From the NCBI GenBank assembly GCA_051117555.1, contig JBNPEG010000224.1, positions 1 to 35,063 of the forward strand: a stretch of DNA of 35,063 bases, given 5' to 3'. Made by a program: the position numbers and the translations under genes. This document shows, piece by piece, positions 18,534-29,160 of the stretch (position 1 is its first letter; the number at the start of each line of letters is the position of its first letter). The DNA comes from Elainellaceae cyanobacterium (GTDB lineage: Bacteria > Cyanobacteriota > Cyanobacteriia > CAZCXK01). The notes under the pieces were generated by a model. That model saw only the letters and a program-made list of their open reading frames with translations, was not told the DNA's origin and ran no database searches.

Positions 18534-19163
18534 ATGCATGGGTTGATCTATCGAATTCAGCCCTCTAGGTCAAGAATACCTTCCCTACGAAGAAGCGGTA
18601 GCCTATTGATTCTTGGGCTAGGAATGGGACTGATTACAGGATGTACCCCTCGATTAGATACGGAGGCGATCGCCACGAGTATTCAAGACGATCTAGAACA
18701 ACACAGTCAGTTGTCAATTCAGACCATCCATTGTCCTCGACGCATCAAACCTGACGCTGGCAGCTCATTTCAGTGTGTCGGCACACTCACGTCAAGCAGT
18801 CAGTTTCTGATAAGAGTTGAACAACAAAATGACCAGGGAAGCATTGAATGGGATATTCCTAACTCTAAGAACCTATTGAACTTAGCAGAGTTAGAGCGTC
18901 ATTTTCAGGCCAATATCGCGACTGAAACAGGAACACAACCGATTATTGATTGCAGCGAGACATTTCGAGTCAATCGCCCTGGCGACCAGTTTAACTGCCA
19001 AGTTCTCAATTCAGTTTTGATCGAGCAGAGCCAGCTCGAAGCGATCCAAGTCAATGTAGACTCTCAAGGAAACATTAATTGGCAGCAAATTCTCAAAGAA
19101 GTTGAGGACGATGAAATCGCCCGAATACTGGACGAGAACGCTGAACCAGAATCTGGCTCTTAA
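18534..19163 (+). CDS. Probable lipoprotein with two DUF4333-like domains
   Basis: Basic N-region, hydrophobic stretch and LITGC lipobox; paired Cys motifs CPRRIKPDAGSSFQC and CSETFRVNRPGDQFNC, each followed by V..D.QG.I.W. Start uncertain (18468, 18501 or 18534). Confidence 0.75.
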   Translation: MHGLIYRIQPSRSRIPSLRRSGSLLILGLGMGLITGCTPRLDTEAIATSIQDDLEQHSQLSIQTIHCPRRIKPDAGSSFQCVGTLTSSSQFLIRVEQQNDQGSIEWDIPNSKNLLNLAELERHFQANIATETGTQPIIDCSETFRVNRPGDQFNCQVLNSVLIEQSQLEAIQVNVDSQGNINWQQILKEVEDDEIARILDENAEPESGS

Positions 19164-19191
19164 CTCGTCATACAGCCGCGGGCGCTTAAGT

Positions 19192-19764
19192 TTAAGCTGA
19201 TCTCAGCAAACATGTTTCTTGTTTTTGAAGCTGATGCATATGATTAAATAGCTGCCAGCAATAAGTCTCTGGGAGTCCGCAGGTGACCGCGCCGCGCAAC
19301 ACGACCTGAAAATACCAGTCATTCGGAGCATGTTCTTCAGTCAGCTTTTCGATGACGGTATAGGTGCGGACATTGATATAGGTTTGCCCTTGATGTTGCA
19401 CACTGATAGTTTCATGGCAATATCCCTCTTCTCGCTCATCAAGGCGATCGCTCAACCGCGCGGGAAGCTGATAGAGCACGCCATGAACACTAGCTCCGGG
19501 CTCTTTAACAATATCGAGAACGCCACAGTTTCGACGCCGTGAGCGGCGAAAGAAACCGAGCCGATAGTCTTTCAGAATTGCCGGTCCCACAACGTATGCA
19601 TGAGTACGTTCACCCAGCGATCGCTTCAAATCGACCGGGCACATGCATGAACCATACGCAAAATAATAAAACGTCGACACGCCTTGATGGGGGCGATCGC
19701 AATCCGGCGTATCAGAATCTAACTCTGTCGAAGGACGCAGACTACCCAAATTTTGAAATCCCAT
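19192..19764 (-). CDS. Gamma-glutamylcyclotransferase (GGCT/AIG2-like) family protein
   Basis: YYFAYGSCM, VHGVLYQL, LDEREEGY. Confidence 0.9.
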   Translation of the reverse strand: MGFQNLGSLRPSTELDSDTPDCDRPHQGVSTFYYFAYGSCMCPVDLKRSLGERTHAYVVGPAILKDYRLGFFRRSRRRNCGVLDIVKEPGASVHGVLYQLPARLSDRLDEREEGYCHETISVQHQGQTYINVRTYTVIEKLTEEHAPNDWYFQVVLRGAVTCGLPETYCWQLFNHMHQLQKQETCLLRSA

Positions 19765-20012
19765 GGTGCGGACAATACGTGTGCTGAACGACGGTTAATT
19801 CAAGACATCATAGCAACGATTTACCACCAAAACGAGTTATGAAAAGCCACATATTCCGATCGGTGAACCGTAGATTTAAGAATAACAACATATATCTTGC
19901 ATCGCCAACTTAAGATCGATCGGCAAATACCTGACCGACATTAATAAGCTCCCTAATAGATTTCCCGCGACCTACTCGAACAGCTTTGACCTATGAGTTG
20001 GGCAGGACACTC

Positions 20013-21221
20013 CTACCGCGTGGGTCGACGACGTTGCAAAAATTCTGGTATATCAAGCCCTGGCTTTGAGCGGGGCTCGGATGATGGAGATGCACTCATG
20101 GGTGGAGGGGCTACGCGCTTTAAAGGGGCAACACGGCTTGAAGACGACGAAGCGGCCTGCATCTCTAATGTAAAGCCCGTGGCAATCACAGTGATCCGGA
20201 CTTCACCCTGGAGGCGATCGTCAATAACGGCTCCAAAGATAATGTTAGCGTTGGGATCGACGGCCTCGTAAATAATTTCAGCCGCAGAATTAACCTCATG
20301 AAGAGTTAAATCGCTGCCTCCTGTGATGTTAAAGACAACGCCTTTTGCCCCTTCAATAGACGCTTCGAGCAGTGGAGAACTGATTGCAGTCATCGCGGCT
20401 TCCCGCGCCCGTGACTTGCCTGAACCAACCCCAATCCCCATCAGCGCCGAACCCGCATCGGCCATAACCGCTCGAACATCTGCAAAATCAACGTTGACAA
20501 GGCCCGGAACAGTAATAATGTCTGAGATTCCTTGAACTCCCTGACGCAGAATGTCGTCTGCGACCCGGAATGCCTCTTGGACTGGAGTTTGCTCAGAAAT
20601 AACCGCTAGCAGCTTGTCATTCGGGATAACGATTAACGTATCAACTTGGGTTTGAAGCGCTGCAATCCCTTCTTCAGCTTGGCTGGTGCGCCGCCGCCCT
20701 TCGAAAGTGAATGGGCGAGTCACAACACCGACGGTCAAGGCTCCCACTTCTTTTGCGACCTCTGCCACAATGGGAGCAGCCCCTGTTCCGGTTCCGCCCC
20801 CCATGCCCGCTGTGATGAACACTAAATCAGAGCCTTCTATAGCAGATGCAAGTTCGTCACGAGATTCCTCCGCAGCTTTCTGTCCAATCGCAGGATTACC
20901 GCCTGCACCTAGACCGCGCGTTAGCTTCTGACCAATTTGAAGACAACTATGGGCATTTGCGTGAGTCAGCGCCTGGGCATCCGTATTAATAGACCAAAAC
21001 TCAACTCCTGCAACCTCGCTTGCAATCATTCGGTTGACGGCATTACAACCACCACCGCCGACCCCAATTACATTAATTCTGGCTACACTACCTGGCACAA
21101 TCGTGTCACTCCTAGATTCCTCTGCCGGAATGCCATTGGCATCGTGATTTTGAACTTGACCCAAGTGTAGCCCAGAGTTTGTAAAAGGATTCGAAGTGTT
21201 CGGCGTATTCGGCGTATTCAT
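20013..21221 (-). CDS. ftsZ: Cell division protein FtsZ
   Basis: [27 protein letters not shown]-terminal [10 protein letters not shown]. Start placed at ATG 21221; the ORF track extends to a GTG at 21263. Confidence 0.99.
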   Translation of the reverse strand: MNTPNTPNTSNPFTNSGLHLGQVQNHDANGIPAEESRSDTIVPGSVARINVIGVGGGGCNAVNRMIASEVAGVEFWSINTDAQALTHANAHSCLQIGQKLTRGLGAGGNPAIGQKAAEESRDELASAIEGSDLVFITAGMGGGTGTGAAPIVAEVAKEVGALTVGVVTRPFTFEGRRRTSQAEEGIAALQTQVDTLIVIPNDKLLAVISEQTPVQEAFRVADDILRQGVQGISDIITVPGLVNVDFADVRAVMADAGSALMGIGVGSGKSRAREAAMTAISSPLLEASIEGAKGVVFNITGGSDLTLHEVNSAAEIIYEAVDPNANIIFGAVIDDRLQGEVRITVIATGFTLEMQAASSSSSRVAPLKRVAPPPMSASPSSEPRSKPGLDIPEFLQRRRPTR

Positions 21222-21503
21222 TTGATATTGAAAACTAAATGTCTTTAATCCTAAGAGCTTCACTAAGGCAGCTACTCACTTATTACCATATACCGCCGCA
21301 GTTAGGAACTACTAATAGTCGACCTTCTAGGCTCGAACAGTCTTAAATAAATGTGAGGTCAGTCATATTAAAATCCAAATCATACTTATCATCCTTTGAC
21401 GCTTCAAATTTCGGCGAATCAGGAAATCTAAATTCAATTTTTTGTAAAATTTGGCGGCTTTAGAATGATGAGGAACCAAACGCTTGATTTCTATGACTTG
21501 TGC

Positions 21504-21606
21504 ATATAGCAATCCCAGATGGGGTGTGAGTGGTGGGGCGGGCGGCGCCCGCCCCACCACTCACATACAATTTATAAGCGATTTAAGCGATTTAGGATCG
21601 CTATAT
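21504..21606. mobile_element. MITE-like element (~100 bp) between ftsQ and ftsZ, TA-bounded TIRs, central perfect palindrome
   Basis: ATATAGCAATCCCAGAT vs reverse-complemented right end ATATAGCGATCCTAAAT (14/17); internal 20-bp IR TGTGAGTGGTGGGGCGGGCG-G-CGCCCGCCCCACCACTCACA (21525-21565). Confidence 0.7.
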
Positions 21607-21615
21607 ATTCATGAT

Positions 21616-22479
21616 TTAATAGCGAGTGGCTGTGGTTTGAATTAGCGGAGTATCAGGGACTTTCAAATCGATATATGAAATCAGTTCAGGATTGACCTCT
21701 TGAGTTAAGTATCGCATTTGATCCAACACTTTTAATTGTTCATCAAATTTAGCTGGTTCATAGGGTCCCATATATACAGTTCCTAAATCTGTATCCAGAA
21801 TCAAATTAGATGGATCTTGCCAATCAACTTCGAAGACCTCGACAGGACTTTGACTCACTTGTCGATATAGGGTTTTCCATTGCTCTCGATATTGATTTCG
21901 CATTCCGATTACTTTCAGATCGGGTAATTCGAGCGACGGGTCGAGTTCGGTATAATTCTCGAGAGGAATGAGCGCTCCATTTTTATCAATCAACCCGGTT
22001 GGCTCAAGCCGACGTAGAGCGATAGTGGGAGAAGAGGATTGGTTAGAAAAATTGGGAGATGCTGCTTTTCCGTAGTTTCCGCCAATGAGGATGGCAACAG
22101 GATACCGCTCCTGAATCATTATGGCGAGACTGGGCGGGAATAGTTGACGATTGACGATAACTTCAGCGATGGGGCCACGGGCTTTGAGTTGAGTGGCAAT
22201 AACCTGAGGACGAACTTGAATAATTGAAATGGGATAGTCAATAGGAAGCAGGGATTGAACCGTTTCGGTCGAAAGAAATTCATTGCCGCCTATTTCAACT
22301 TGCTCAGACGAACTAATGATCCACCCTGGGAGCGTAATAACCCAAATCAATGCTGCCGTTACGCTTGTGACAATTAACAACCGCCATACTGATTGCACAA
22401 TTTTCCAACGTCGCTGACGGCGCAGTTTCCGACGGCGTTCTATGATTTCAGAACGGGAAATGGTGACGATTTTAGGCAT
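21616..22479 (-). CDS. ftsQ: Cell division protein FtsQ/DivIB
   Basis: Basic N-tail, single TM, POTRA region (VEIGGNEFLS...VNRQLFPPSLAIMIQERYPVA), YIDLK C-terminus, directly upstream of ftsZ; start estimated. Confidence 0.93.
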   Translation of the reverse strand: MPKIVTISRSEIIERRRKLRRQRRWKIVQSVWRLLIVTSVTAALIWVITLPGWIISSSEQVEIGGNEFLSTETVQSLLPIDYPISIIQVRPQVIATQLKARGPIAEVIVNRQLFPPSLAIMIQERYPVAILIGGNYGKAASPNFSNQSSSPTIALRRLEPTGLIDKNGALIPLENYTELDPSLELPDLKVIGMRNQYREQWKTLYRQVSQSPVEVFEVDWQDPSNLILDTDLGTVYMGPYEPAKFDEQLKVLDQMRYLTQEVNPELISYIDLKVPDTPLIQTTATRY

Positions 22480-22545
22480 CAGAATTCGTGTACTGGAGTA
22501 AGGAAGCATGGGCGATCGCATGGAATCCGAAGATTTAAAATCGAC

Positions 22546-22971
22546 CTAATCGGCTCGATAGTTTTGCCATTCGCGGGTGAGGTAGGTTGCCCACTTCGCC
22601 GCCAAAGAAACATCGGTGAAGGGGATATAAATAGGATTTTCGAGAGACGATACTTGAAATTGCAAACCAATTTGATGGCCTGTTGATGTCGGCTGTTGGG
22701 GATCAATGAGCTGACCATCAACCCGTAATTCTAATGATTCAACGTCTTTTAGCGAAAAGGTTCGTAGATGAATAGGCCCCTGACGAGTTGGCTTGCCCCA
22801 GGTGAGATCACTCCCATTCTGCCCAAGAACGGCATAGACATCGTATTTCGCTTTTTGAAATTGTTCAGCCCAAGCTCGATAGGATTCGAGTTTTTGATAT
22901 TCATTCCAGCCTGCCCATGCCAACCCGATAAATACAGCAAGCAGCGGCAACCAAAGAAGACCCTTAATCAT
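22546..22971 (-). CDS. Conserved cyanobacterial hypothetical membrane protein upstream of ftsQ
   Basis: GLLWLPLLAVFIGLAWAGWNEYQK...AKYDVYAVLG; N-terminal TM; start estimated at MIKGLLW. Confidence 0.8.
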   Translation of the reverse strand: MIKGLLWLPLLAVFIGLAWAGWNEYQKLESYRAWAEQFQKAKYDVYAVLGQNGSDLTWGKPTRQGPIHLRTFSLKDVESLELRVDGQLIDPQQPTSTGHQIGLQFQVSSLENPIYIPFTDVSLAAKWATYLTREWQNYRAD

Positions 22972-23065
22972 AACAGAAGTGCGTTTCGTTATTACTAGCA
23001 TTACATCATGAAGGAGTTACGTTATCGTGGTGTGAAATACGCTTTAAATGCTGTGGCGGGGATGT

Positions 23066-24853
23066 ATGAGAAAAGCGCTATGGGTCGGTTTATTCTTTCT
23101 GGGATTGCTCTGGGCATTGGCAAGCTTCCCAGGCTTGGCCAATCAGGGACAATTCGACACCGTCGTGTTGAACTTTCGAGATGATATCGCTCAAGCGCAA
23201 ATTGACGCAGAAGTTGAGGCGATCGCCCGTCAGTTCAATATCTCGCCTCATTTGAACAGCCAATTTTCTGGAGCTGAAGATCTCTATGTGTTTGAAGGCG
23301 ATCGCCAGCTATTAAAGCGTCTTCGCCAGTCGGCATCGTTACGAGATGTAACAGAGTCAATTGACCCTAACTATGTGTATCAAGCTCAAACTGCGCCGAA
23401 TGATCCCGACTACAGCAAACAGTGGAATCTTCGCAGCATTAATATCGAATCTGCCTGGGATGACACGAAAGGAAATGATGTAACCATTGCCGTCATCGAC
23501 ACAGGGATTAGCAGCGTTATCGACCTAGAGCAAACCCGGTTTGTTCCGGGATATGACTTTGTTAACGATCGAGATGACGCAACCGATGACAACGGTCACG
23601 GAACTCACGTTGCAGGCACCATCGCTCAATCAACCAATAATAATTATGGCGTTGCAGGCATTGCGTACGAAGCAAACCTAATGCCGCTTAAAGTACTCAG
23701 CCGAACCGGACAAGGCACCATAACGGATATCGCAGAAGCGATTCGATTTGCTGCCGATCATGATGCAGATGTCATCAACATGAGTTTGGGGGGTGGAGGC
23801 GATACTCAGGTATTGCGTGAAGCAATTGACTATGCCTACCACAAAGGCGTTGTCATCATTGCAGCCGCAGGAAATGCAAACGCGAATTCAGCATCTTTCC
23901 CCGCCCGATACAATCACGTGATTGCAGTGTCAGCAATCGATTCTGCTGGGGGAAAAGCGCCCTACTCCAACTATGGAGCAGGCGTTGATATTTCGGCACC
24001 AGGAGGATCAACCCGCGATGGAAATCAAGCAGGCGGCATTCTGCAAAATACCATCGATCCCCAGACGGGAGAATCTGTCTTCCGAGCGTTTCAAGGCACC
24101 AGCATGGCCTCTCCCCATGTTGCCGGGGTCGCGGCGTTGATCAAAGCCTCAGGAATTCAGGAGCCCGATGCTGTCGCAGAAATTCTGAGAAAATCGGCTC
24201 GCGTGATTGACAGCGATGAGCTTAATCATTTTGGCGCAGGCCAACTCGATGCAGGCAGTGCCGTCAAGCTGGCCCAAAAAGGTCAAATTAACGTGCGCGA
24301 TTTCTTTCGGTGGCTTCGCAAAAACGGCTATTTGAATCTCCGATTTTGGTTTGATGGCGGAGCTGTCGCCTTACTGCCCAAAGTGTTGATGGTCTTAGGA
24401 GCATACCTATTGTCTTGGGTTTTGCGTAATTATCTGCCGTTTTCATGGAATGGATTCTTTGCGGGTGGTCTGGTGGCAGGCAGTGCAGGTTTGTTTGTGC
24501 TGAAGGGGTTATATGTCTTTGACATTCCTCAGTTTCCGTTTCGAGTATTGGGCAGTTCTATTCCAGAACTAGGGGGTGCTATTCAGGGCAGCCCCCTGCT
24601 CAATCCCATATTTGCTAGCGCATTCATTCCTTTCCTGCTAGTGGTGTTGCTGCTAGGACATTCTCACTGGAAATGGTTCGCGATTGGAGCTGCGCTAGGC
24701 GTTGCTTCATGTCTCGGCGTTCATGCAGTAGTATCCCCCCAGGTGCTTTGGCTTAGCAGCGTGGCGATCGCCCGTATATTCTTAGTTACAAACGCGATAC
24801 TATGTGTTGGGCTAGCATATTTTGCGCTAAAGGCGGAGGCTGAACCTGCATGA
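23066..24853 (+). CDS. S8 (subtilisin-like) serine protease with signal peptide, propeptide and C-terminal multi-TM domain
   Basis: Catalytic triad motifs VIDTG, HGTHVAG, GTSMASPHVAG; AAGN oxyanion motif; ~170 hydrophobic C-terminal residues. Confidence 0.93.
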   Translation: MRKALWVGLFFLGLLWALASFPGLANQGQFDTVVLNFRDDIAQAQIDAEVEAIARQFNISPHLNSQFSGAEDLYVFEGDRQLLKRLRQSASLRDVTESIDPNYVYQAQTAPNDPDYSKQWNLRSINIESAWDDTKGNDVTIAVIDTGISSVIDLEQTRFVPGYDFVNDRDDATDDNGHGTHVAGTIAQSTNNNYGVAGIAYEANLMPLKVLSRTGQGTITDIAEAIRFAADHDADVINMSLGGGGDTQVLREAIDYAYHKGVVIIAAAGNANANSASFPARYNHVIAVSAIDSAGGKAPYSNYGAGVDISAPGGSTRDGNQAGGILQNTIDPQTGESVFRAFQGTSMASPHVAGVAALIKASGIQEPDAVAEILRKSARVIDSDELNHFGAGQLDAGSAVKLAQKGQINVRDFFRWLRKNGYLNLRFWFDGGAVALLPKVLMVLGAYLLSWVLRNYLPFSWNGFFAGGLVAGSAGLFVLKGLYVFDIPQFPFRVLGSSIPELGGAIQGSPLLNPIFASAFIPFLLVVLLLGHSHWKWFAIGAALGVASCLGVHAVVSPQVLWLSSVAIARIFLVTNAILCVGLAYFALKAEAEPA

Positions 24854-25071
24854 GCATCACTGCTGAGGGCACCGTTGAACAGTCTGCCATGGGCACTGGA
24901 ACGTGGGCATTTGTCACCGACGATGCAACCTACGAACTCCACTCATCATCGCCTGACGAACTCCTTCAACCGGGAATGCGGGCAAAAGTAACGGGGCGCA
25001 TTCGAGACGATGTTATGTCATTTGCAATGATTGGACCAATTTTGGAGGTCAATAGCTTTGAGCCGCTTTAA
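24850..25071 (+). CDS. Small conserved hypothetical protein (73 aa, beta-rich), coupled to the S8 protease
   Basis: ATGA overlap with the S8 stop, GGAGG RBS upstream; MGTGTW...YEL...VTGRIRDDVMSFAMIGPILEV. Confidence 0.8.
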   Translation: MSITAEGTVEQSAMGTGTWAFVTDDATYELHSSSPDELLQPGMRAKVTGRIRDDVMSFAMIGPILEVNSFEPL

Positions 25072-25382
25072 GCTACAGACTCTAAAACTCCTTTCAGTCG
25101 ACTGCGAAATTCTCCTTTGGGAAGTCCTCCCGTTAGCTCACCTACGATCTTAAAATCTCCCTCTGGATCGTCACAAATTAGATAGGTAGGCCAACCCATA
25201 TCAGTCTTATTGGGATACTGAGTAAGTAGAATTTTTCGATATTTGCTATAGGTGGCGGTATCTTGCATCTTGACATCGATGAAATCAAGCCCAAGTTCCT
25301 CAACCACTTTTTGGTCGTAAAATGCCATCTTGTGGCAGATTCCGCAATCGTCTGACGAAAACTTAATAACGGTATGGCTCAT
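25068..25382 (-). CDS. Thioredoxin-fold protein (CGIC)
   Basis: VIKFSSDDCGICHKM active-site region and GWPTY cis-Pro motif. Confidence 0.82.
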   Translation of the reverse strand: MSHTVIKFSSDDCGICHKMAFYDQKVVEELGLDFIDVKMQDTATYSKYRKILLTQYPNKTDMGWPTYLICDDPEGDFKIVGELTGGLPKGEFRSRLKGVLESVA

Positions 25383-25583
25383 TGCGTCGCTCGAACAATG
25401 ATATTAGAGATGGGGTCTAGATTACATGATTAGAGGGTACCATGCTGAGATTGGCACCCGATTGGACGAGTCAGGCTGAAATTATAGCGTTAGCCAGATA
25501 GCGTAGGACGTGACTCCTGAAAAACCAAAGCTGGGAAAGCTGGCGTGCAACTGCCCAAAAAGCTTTGGTGGTTTATCATTTGC

Positions 25584-25617
25584 TCCTTGGGGGCGTAGCG
25601 CTGCTATACCCCCAGGA
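25584..25617. repeat. GC-rich stem-loop downstream of pgk (REP-like or mRNA-stabilising)
   Basis: TCCT(T)GGGGGCGTAGC-GCT-GCTATACCCCCAGGA; no U tract on the pgk strand. Confidence 0.55.
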
Positions 25618-25658
25618 AAATTATTTATTCAGACTCGAAAAACATAGTGAATTAGGTC

Positions 25659-26864
25659 TTATGCATCATCGAGTACAGCAATGCCAGGAAGCACCTTGCC
25701 TTCGAGTAATTCTAAGCTAGCGCCCCCTCCGGTCGAAATGTGGCTCATCTGGTCAGCCACGCCGACTTTCTCAACAGCAGACACCGAATCTCCTCCACCA
25801 ATGATGGTGGTTGTGCCTTTCGAAGTTAGATCGGCTAGAGTCCGGGCGATCGCCTCAGTTCCTTTGGCAAATTTTTCAAACTCGAACACGCCCATCGGTC
25901 CATTCCAGATCACAGCCTTGCACTCGCTCAGCGCATCCTGAAAGACTTTTACCGAATCACTGCCAATATCGAGCCCCATCCATCCCTCTGGAATATTCTC
26001 GACGCTAACAGTCTGAGCATTGGCATCGGCAGCAAAATTATCTGCAATTACGACATCAGTTGGCAACAGCAGGTCAACTCCCTTTTCTTTCGCTTTCGCC
26101 TCGAGAGACTTGGCGAGTTCAAGCTTATCGTCTTCCACCAGCGAGTTGCCAACGCCCAGCATTCGCGCTTTATAGAAGGTAAAGACCATGCCGCCGCCGA
26201 TCAGAAGTTTATCAACCTTGTCTAGTAAGGTTTCGATCACCCCAATCTTGCTAGACACTTTCGAACCTCCAATAATGGCGGCGAGTGGGCGCTGCGGATT
26301 TTCAATTGCATTTTGGAGGTACTGCAATTCTCTATCGATCAAATATCCGGCCACACACGGACTCAAATGATGAGTCACCCCCTCGGTTGAAGCATGGGCA
26401 CGATGGGCGGTGCCAAAGGCATCATTAACATACAGATCCGCATTAGAGGCAAGCTGCTTGGCAAACTCTGCGTCGTTTTCTTCTTCTTCTGCGTGGAAGC
26501 GGAGATTTTCTAGCAACACAACCTGACCCGGCTGCATCTCTGCAATCGTTTTTGTTACCTCGTCTCCGACGCAATCGTTACATTTATTTACGGGTTGCCC
26601 TAGTAATTCTGAGAGACGAGTTGCAACGGGTGTCAGGCGTAGACTATCCTTAACCTCACCCTTAGGACGCCCCATGTGACTGCTTAGAATCACCATCGCC
26701 TCTTTAGAAATCAGGTCTTGAATGGTCGGAAGAGCAGCCCGAATGCGAGTATCGTCTGCGATTGCTCCCTGCTCGTCTAGGGGTACATTGAAATCGGCAC
26801 GTACAAATACTCGTTTACCGGATAAGTCTGAAGCTGATAAATTTGCTAGAGTTTTCTTTGACAC
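25659..26864 (-). CDS. pgk: Phosphoglycerate kinase
   Basis: [54 protein letters not shown] start. Confidence 0.99.
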   Translation of the reverse strand: MSKKTLANLSASDLSGKRVFVRADFNVPLDEQGAIADDTRIRAALPTIQDLISKEAMVILSSHMGRPKGEVKDSLRLTPVATRLSELLGQPVNKCNDCVGDEVTKTIAEMQPGQVVLLENLRFHAEEEENDAEFAKQLASNADLYVNDAFGTAHRAHASTEGVTHHLSPCVAGYLIDRELQYLQNAIENPQRPLAAIIGGSKVSSKIGVIETLLDKVDKLLIGGGMVFTFYKARMLGVGNSLVEDDKLELAKSLEAKAKEKGVDLLLPTDVVIADNFAADANAQTVSVENIPEGWMGLDIGSDSVKVFQDALSECKAVIWNGPMGVFEFEKFAKGTEAIARTLADLTSKGTTTIIGGGDSVSAVEKVGVADQMSHISTGGGASLELLEGKVLPGIAVLDDA

Positions 26865-27115
26865 TGCGTAAACCCCCTAATGAGTCTTTCTACCTATTGA
26901 TTATTGTCTAATAAACCGTCATCCGTTGATAACACAGGAGAGAAAACCACGGTGAAGACGCGATTGGGGTCTGAGTTTCAACATTCGAACGCTAGTTAGG
27001 CTTACGGTTCGTTTGGATTACTCATTTCCCTCTGACTCGTCAGTCTTCAACCGCTGATTCCTGATCCCCAGTCATCCACATATTACCGGAGTCTGCGTCC
27101 TATACGAGGCGTACC

Positions 27116-27523
27116 ATGTTTAAGACTGTTTTATTCCCAATCGATCAAACGCTAGAGTCTCGCCATGCGGCTGATCTCGTGGCAGACATTGTTCGCACGT
27201 ACAAAAGTCAGTTAATCGTATTGTCTGTAGTGGAGCCTCCTTCCGAAGAAGGAGAGAGTAATCCAGAGATGACCTCACCTGAAGCGATCGCCCGCCTGCT
27301 CGAAACGGCAAAAACCTTATTTAAGGATCAGGGCATTGACACCGAAACGATGGATCGGCAAGGAAAACCTGCATTCGTCATTTGCGATGTAGCAGACGAG
27401 CTCAATGTCGATTTGATCATCATGGGAAGTCGAGGCGTCGGCTTGATGGAAGAAACCAGTTCAGACAGCGTCAGCAATCGCGTGATTAATCTGTCGCCTT
27501 GTCCAGTGTTGATTGTTCCATAG
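27116..27523 (+). CDS. Universal stress protein (USP)
   Basis: FKTVLFPID, G.PAFVICDVADE, DLIIMGSRG, SVSNRVINLSPCPVLIVP. Confidence 0.95.
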   Translation: MFKTVLFPIDQTLESRHAADLVADIVRTYKSQLIVLSVVEPPSEEGESNPEMTSPEAIARLLETAKTLFKDQGIDTETMDRQGKPAFVICDVADELNVDLIIMGSRGVGLMEETSSDSVSNRVINLSPCPVLIVP

Positions 27524-28940
27524 CGATCGCAGGTCGATGATGATGATGCCACGGGTATGCGGCCTCCAGTTGAGCCGCTAGCGCAATTAATGTCGCCTCA
27601 GCCGCAGGTCGACCTACGATCTGTACGCCTATCGGCACGCCTTCGGGCGTAAATCCAGCCGGGATGGCGATCGCAGGCTGCCCTGTAGCGTTAAACGGTG
27701 GGCATGGCGCAACCCAGTGAATAATTTTTTCGAATGTGTCGCTGGGGCTTAGATCGGCCCATTCTCCGACGCGAATCGGGGAATGCAAATAAATTGGCAA
27801 CAGCAAGGCATCGTAGGTGTCAAAAAATGCCACAATGCGGCGGGCGATCGCCTGCATTCCCCAGAGAGCTTTGAGATAGACACCACTTGACACAGCCTGT
27901 TCGATAAACCATCGGTTCATCGGGTTGAGTGCCTCAGGCGGTAACTCTGATGCCGCAACGCCTGAGCGAAACACGATTGAAAACGGCTCGATCAAGCCAT
28001 CACAATCCAGGCGATCGGGCACCACATGGTGACCGAGATTCTCGAAACGCTTTGCTATTTCTAAGACAGCACTTTGGCAAACTGAATCGGCGTCTCCGAG
28101 GGGGGATAGCCCAATCGAATAGGCAATCCGTAGCGATTGGGAGTTTAGTCCATGACTGTGCTGTTGGGCGATGTCTAAAAATGACGGATTGGGATCAGGC
28201 AACCAGTAGGGATCGCCCGTAACATAGCCTGCCGTTACATCTAAAAATGCAGCAGCATCCGCAACCGTACGCGCTAGAGGGCCTCCCGTCGCAATGCTGC
28301 CCTGTCGATATCCGACAGGAGCCGATGAAATTCGACCTCGGGCAGGCTTTAGCCCAACCAGACCACAGCATGATGCGGGGCCTCGGATTGATCCGCCTCC
28401 ATCTGATCCTTGGGCGATCGCACACAAGCCAGCCGCAACCGACGCTGCCGCACCACCGCTCGATCCACCAGGCGTATAGTCAATATTCCAAGGATTACGA
28501 GCAGGAGGAAAGCCATCAGCTTCAGTGTAGGGAAGTGAGCCAAATTCTGGAGTTGCGGTTTTGCCGAGGATAATGAATCCAGCTTGTTTGAGCTTGGCGA
28601 TTAATGCACTATCATACGGCGTTACATAGTCGAGCAAAGCCCGAGACCCATAAGTGCAGCGCACGCCTTCAAGGGGATCTAAATCTTTGATTGAAATTGG
28701 CACGCCAAAAAATGGCGGCAAACTGTCTGGGTCGTCTGTTTGCCCCAGGCGATCGGTTTTGGATTTAGCGTCTGCAAGAGCGCGATCGCCCGTGACCGTG
28801 AAATAGCTACCCAGCATTGGATCAAGCGACTCAATCCGTTCTAAATAGAGATCGGTCAGTTCGATGGGTGAAATCTCTTTAGTGCGGATGAGTTGAGCTT
28901 GTTTGAGCGCTGGGGTAAACGCTAAATCGATTAGATTCAT
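27486..28940 (-). CDS. Amidase-signature family amidase
   Basis: GVPISIKDL, GKTATPEFG, GGSSGGAAA, GSDGGGSIRGPA (Ser-cisSer-Lys triad). Confidence 0.95.
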   Translation of the reverse strand: MNLIDLAFTPALKQAQLIRTKEISPIELTDLYLERIESLDPMLGSYFTVTGDRALADAKSKTDRLGQTDDPDSLPPFFGVPISIKDLDPLEGVRCTYGSRALLDYVTPYDSALIAKLKQAGFIILGKTATPEFGSLPYTEADGFPPARNPWNIDYTPGGSSGGAAASVAAGLCAIAQGSDGGGSIRGPASCCGLVGLKPARGRISSAPVGYRQGSIATGGPLARTVADAAAFLDVTAGYVTGDPYWLPDPNPSFLDIAQQHSHGLNSQSLRIAYSIGLSPLGDADSVCQSAVLEIAKRFENLGHHVVPDRLDCDGLIEPFSIVFRSGVAASELPPEALNPMNRWFIEQAVSSGVYLKALWGMQAIARRIVAFFDTYDALLLPIYLHSPIRVGEWADLSPSDTFEKIIHWVAPCPPFNATGQPAIAIPAGFTPEGVPIGVQIVGRPAAEATLIALAAQLEAAYPWHHHHRPAIAMEQSTLDKATD

Positions 28941-29160
28941 GAGTCCAATTGCGTAGGCACTTCTGTTGCTGACTGTAACAACAAATCCAGAATTCCTCAG
29001 CGCCTTAAGGGTCAGTTTATAACGTGTTGAGTGATTACTGGGCTTAGATGGGTGCTTGAATGTGTGATTAAAAGTGTCAGAGAAATCAACACACAGAGAG
29101 CCGAACTATTCCCAGGGATTAGCACCTAGCACATTTGAGAGAACATCAAGGCGCGATCGC

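Noticed and set aside
28975..28990. NtcA site upstream of the amidase (GTA-N8-TCC)
   Set aside because: Mismatch in a core triplet and no appropriately spaced -10 that I could support
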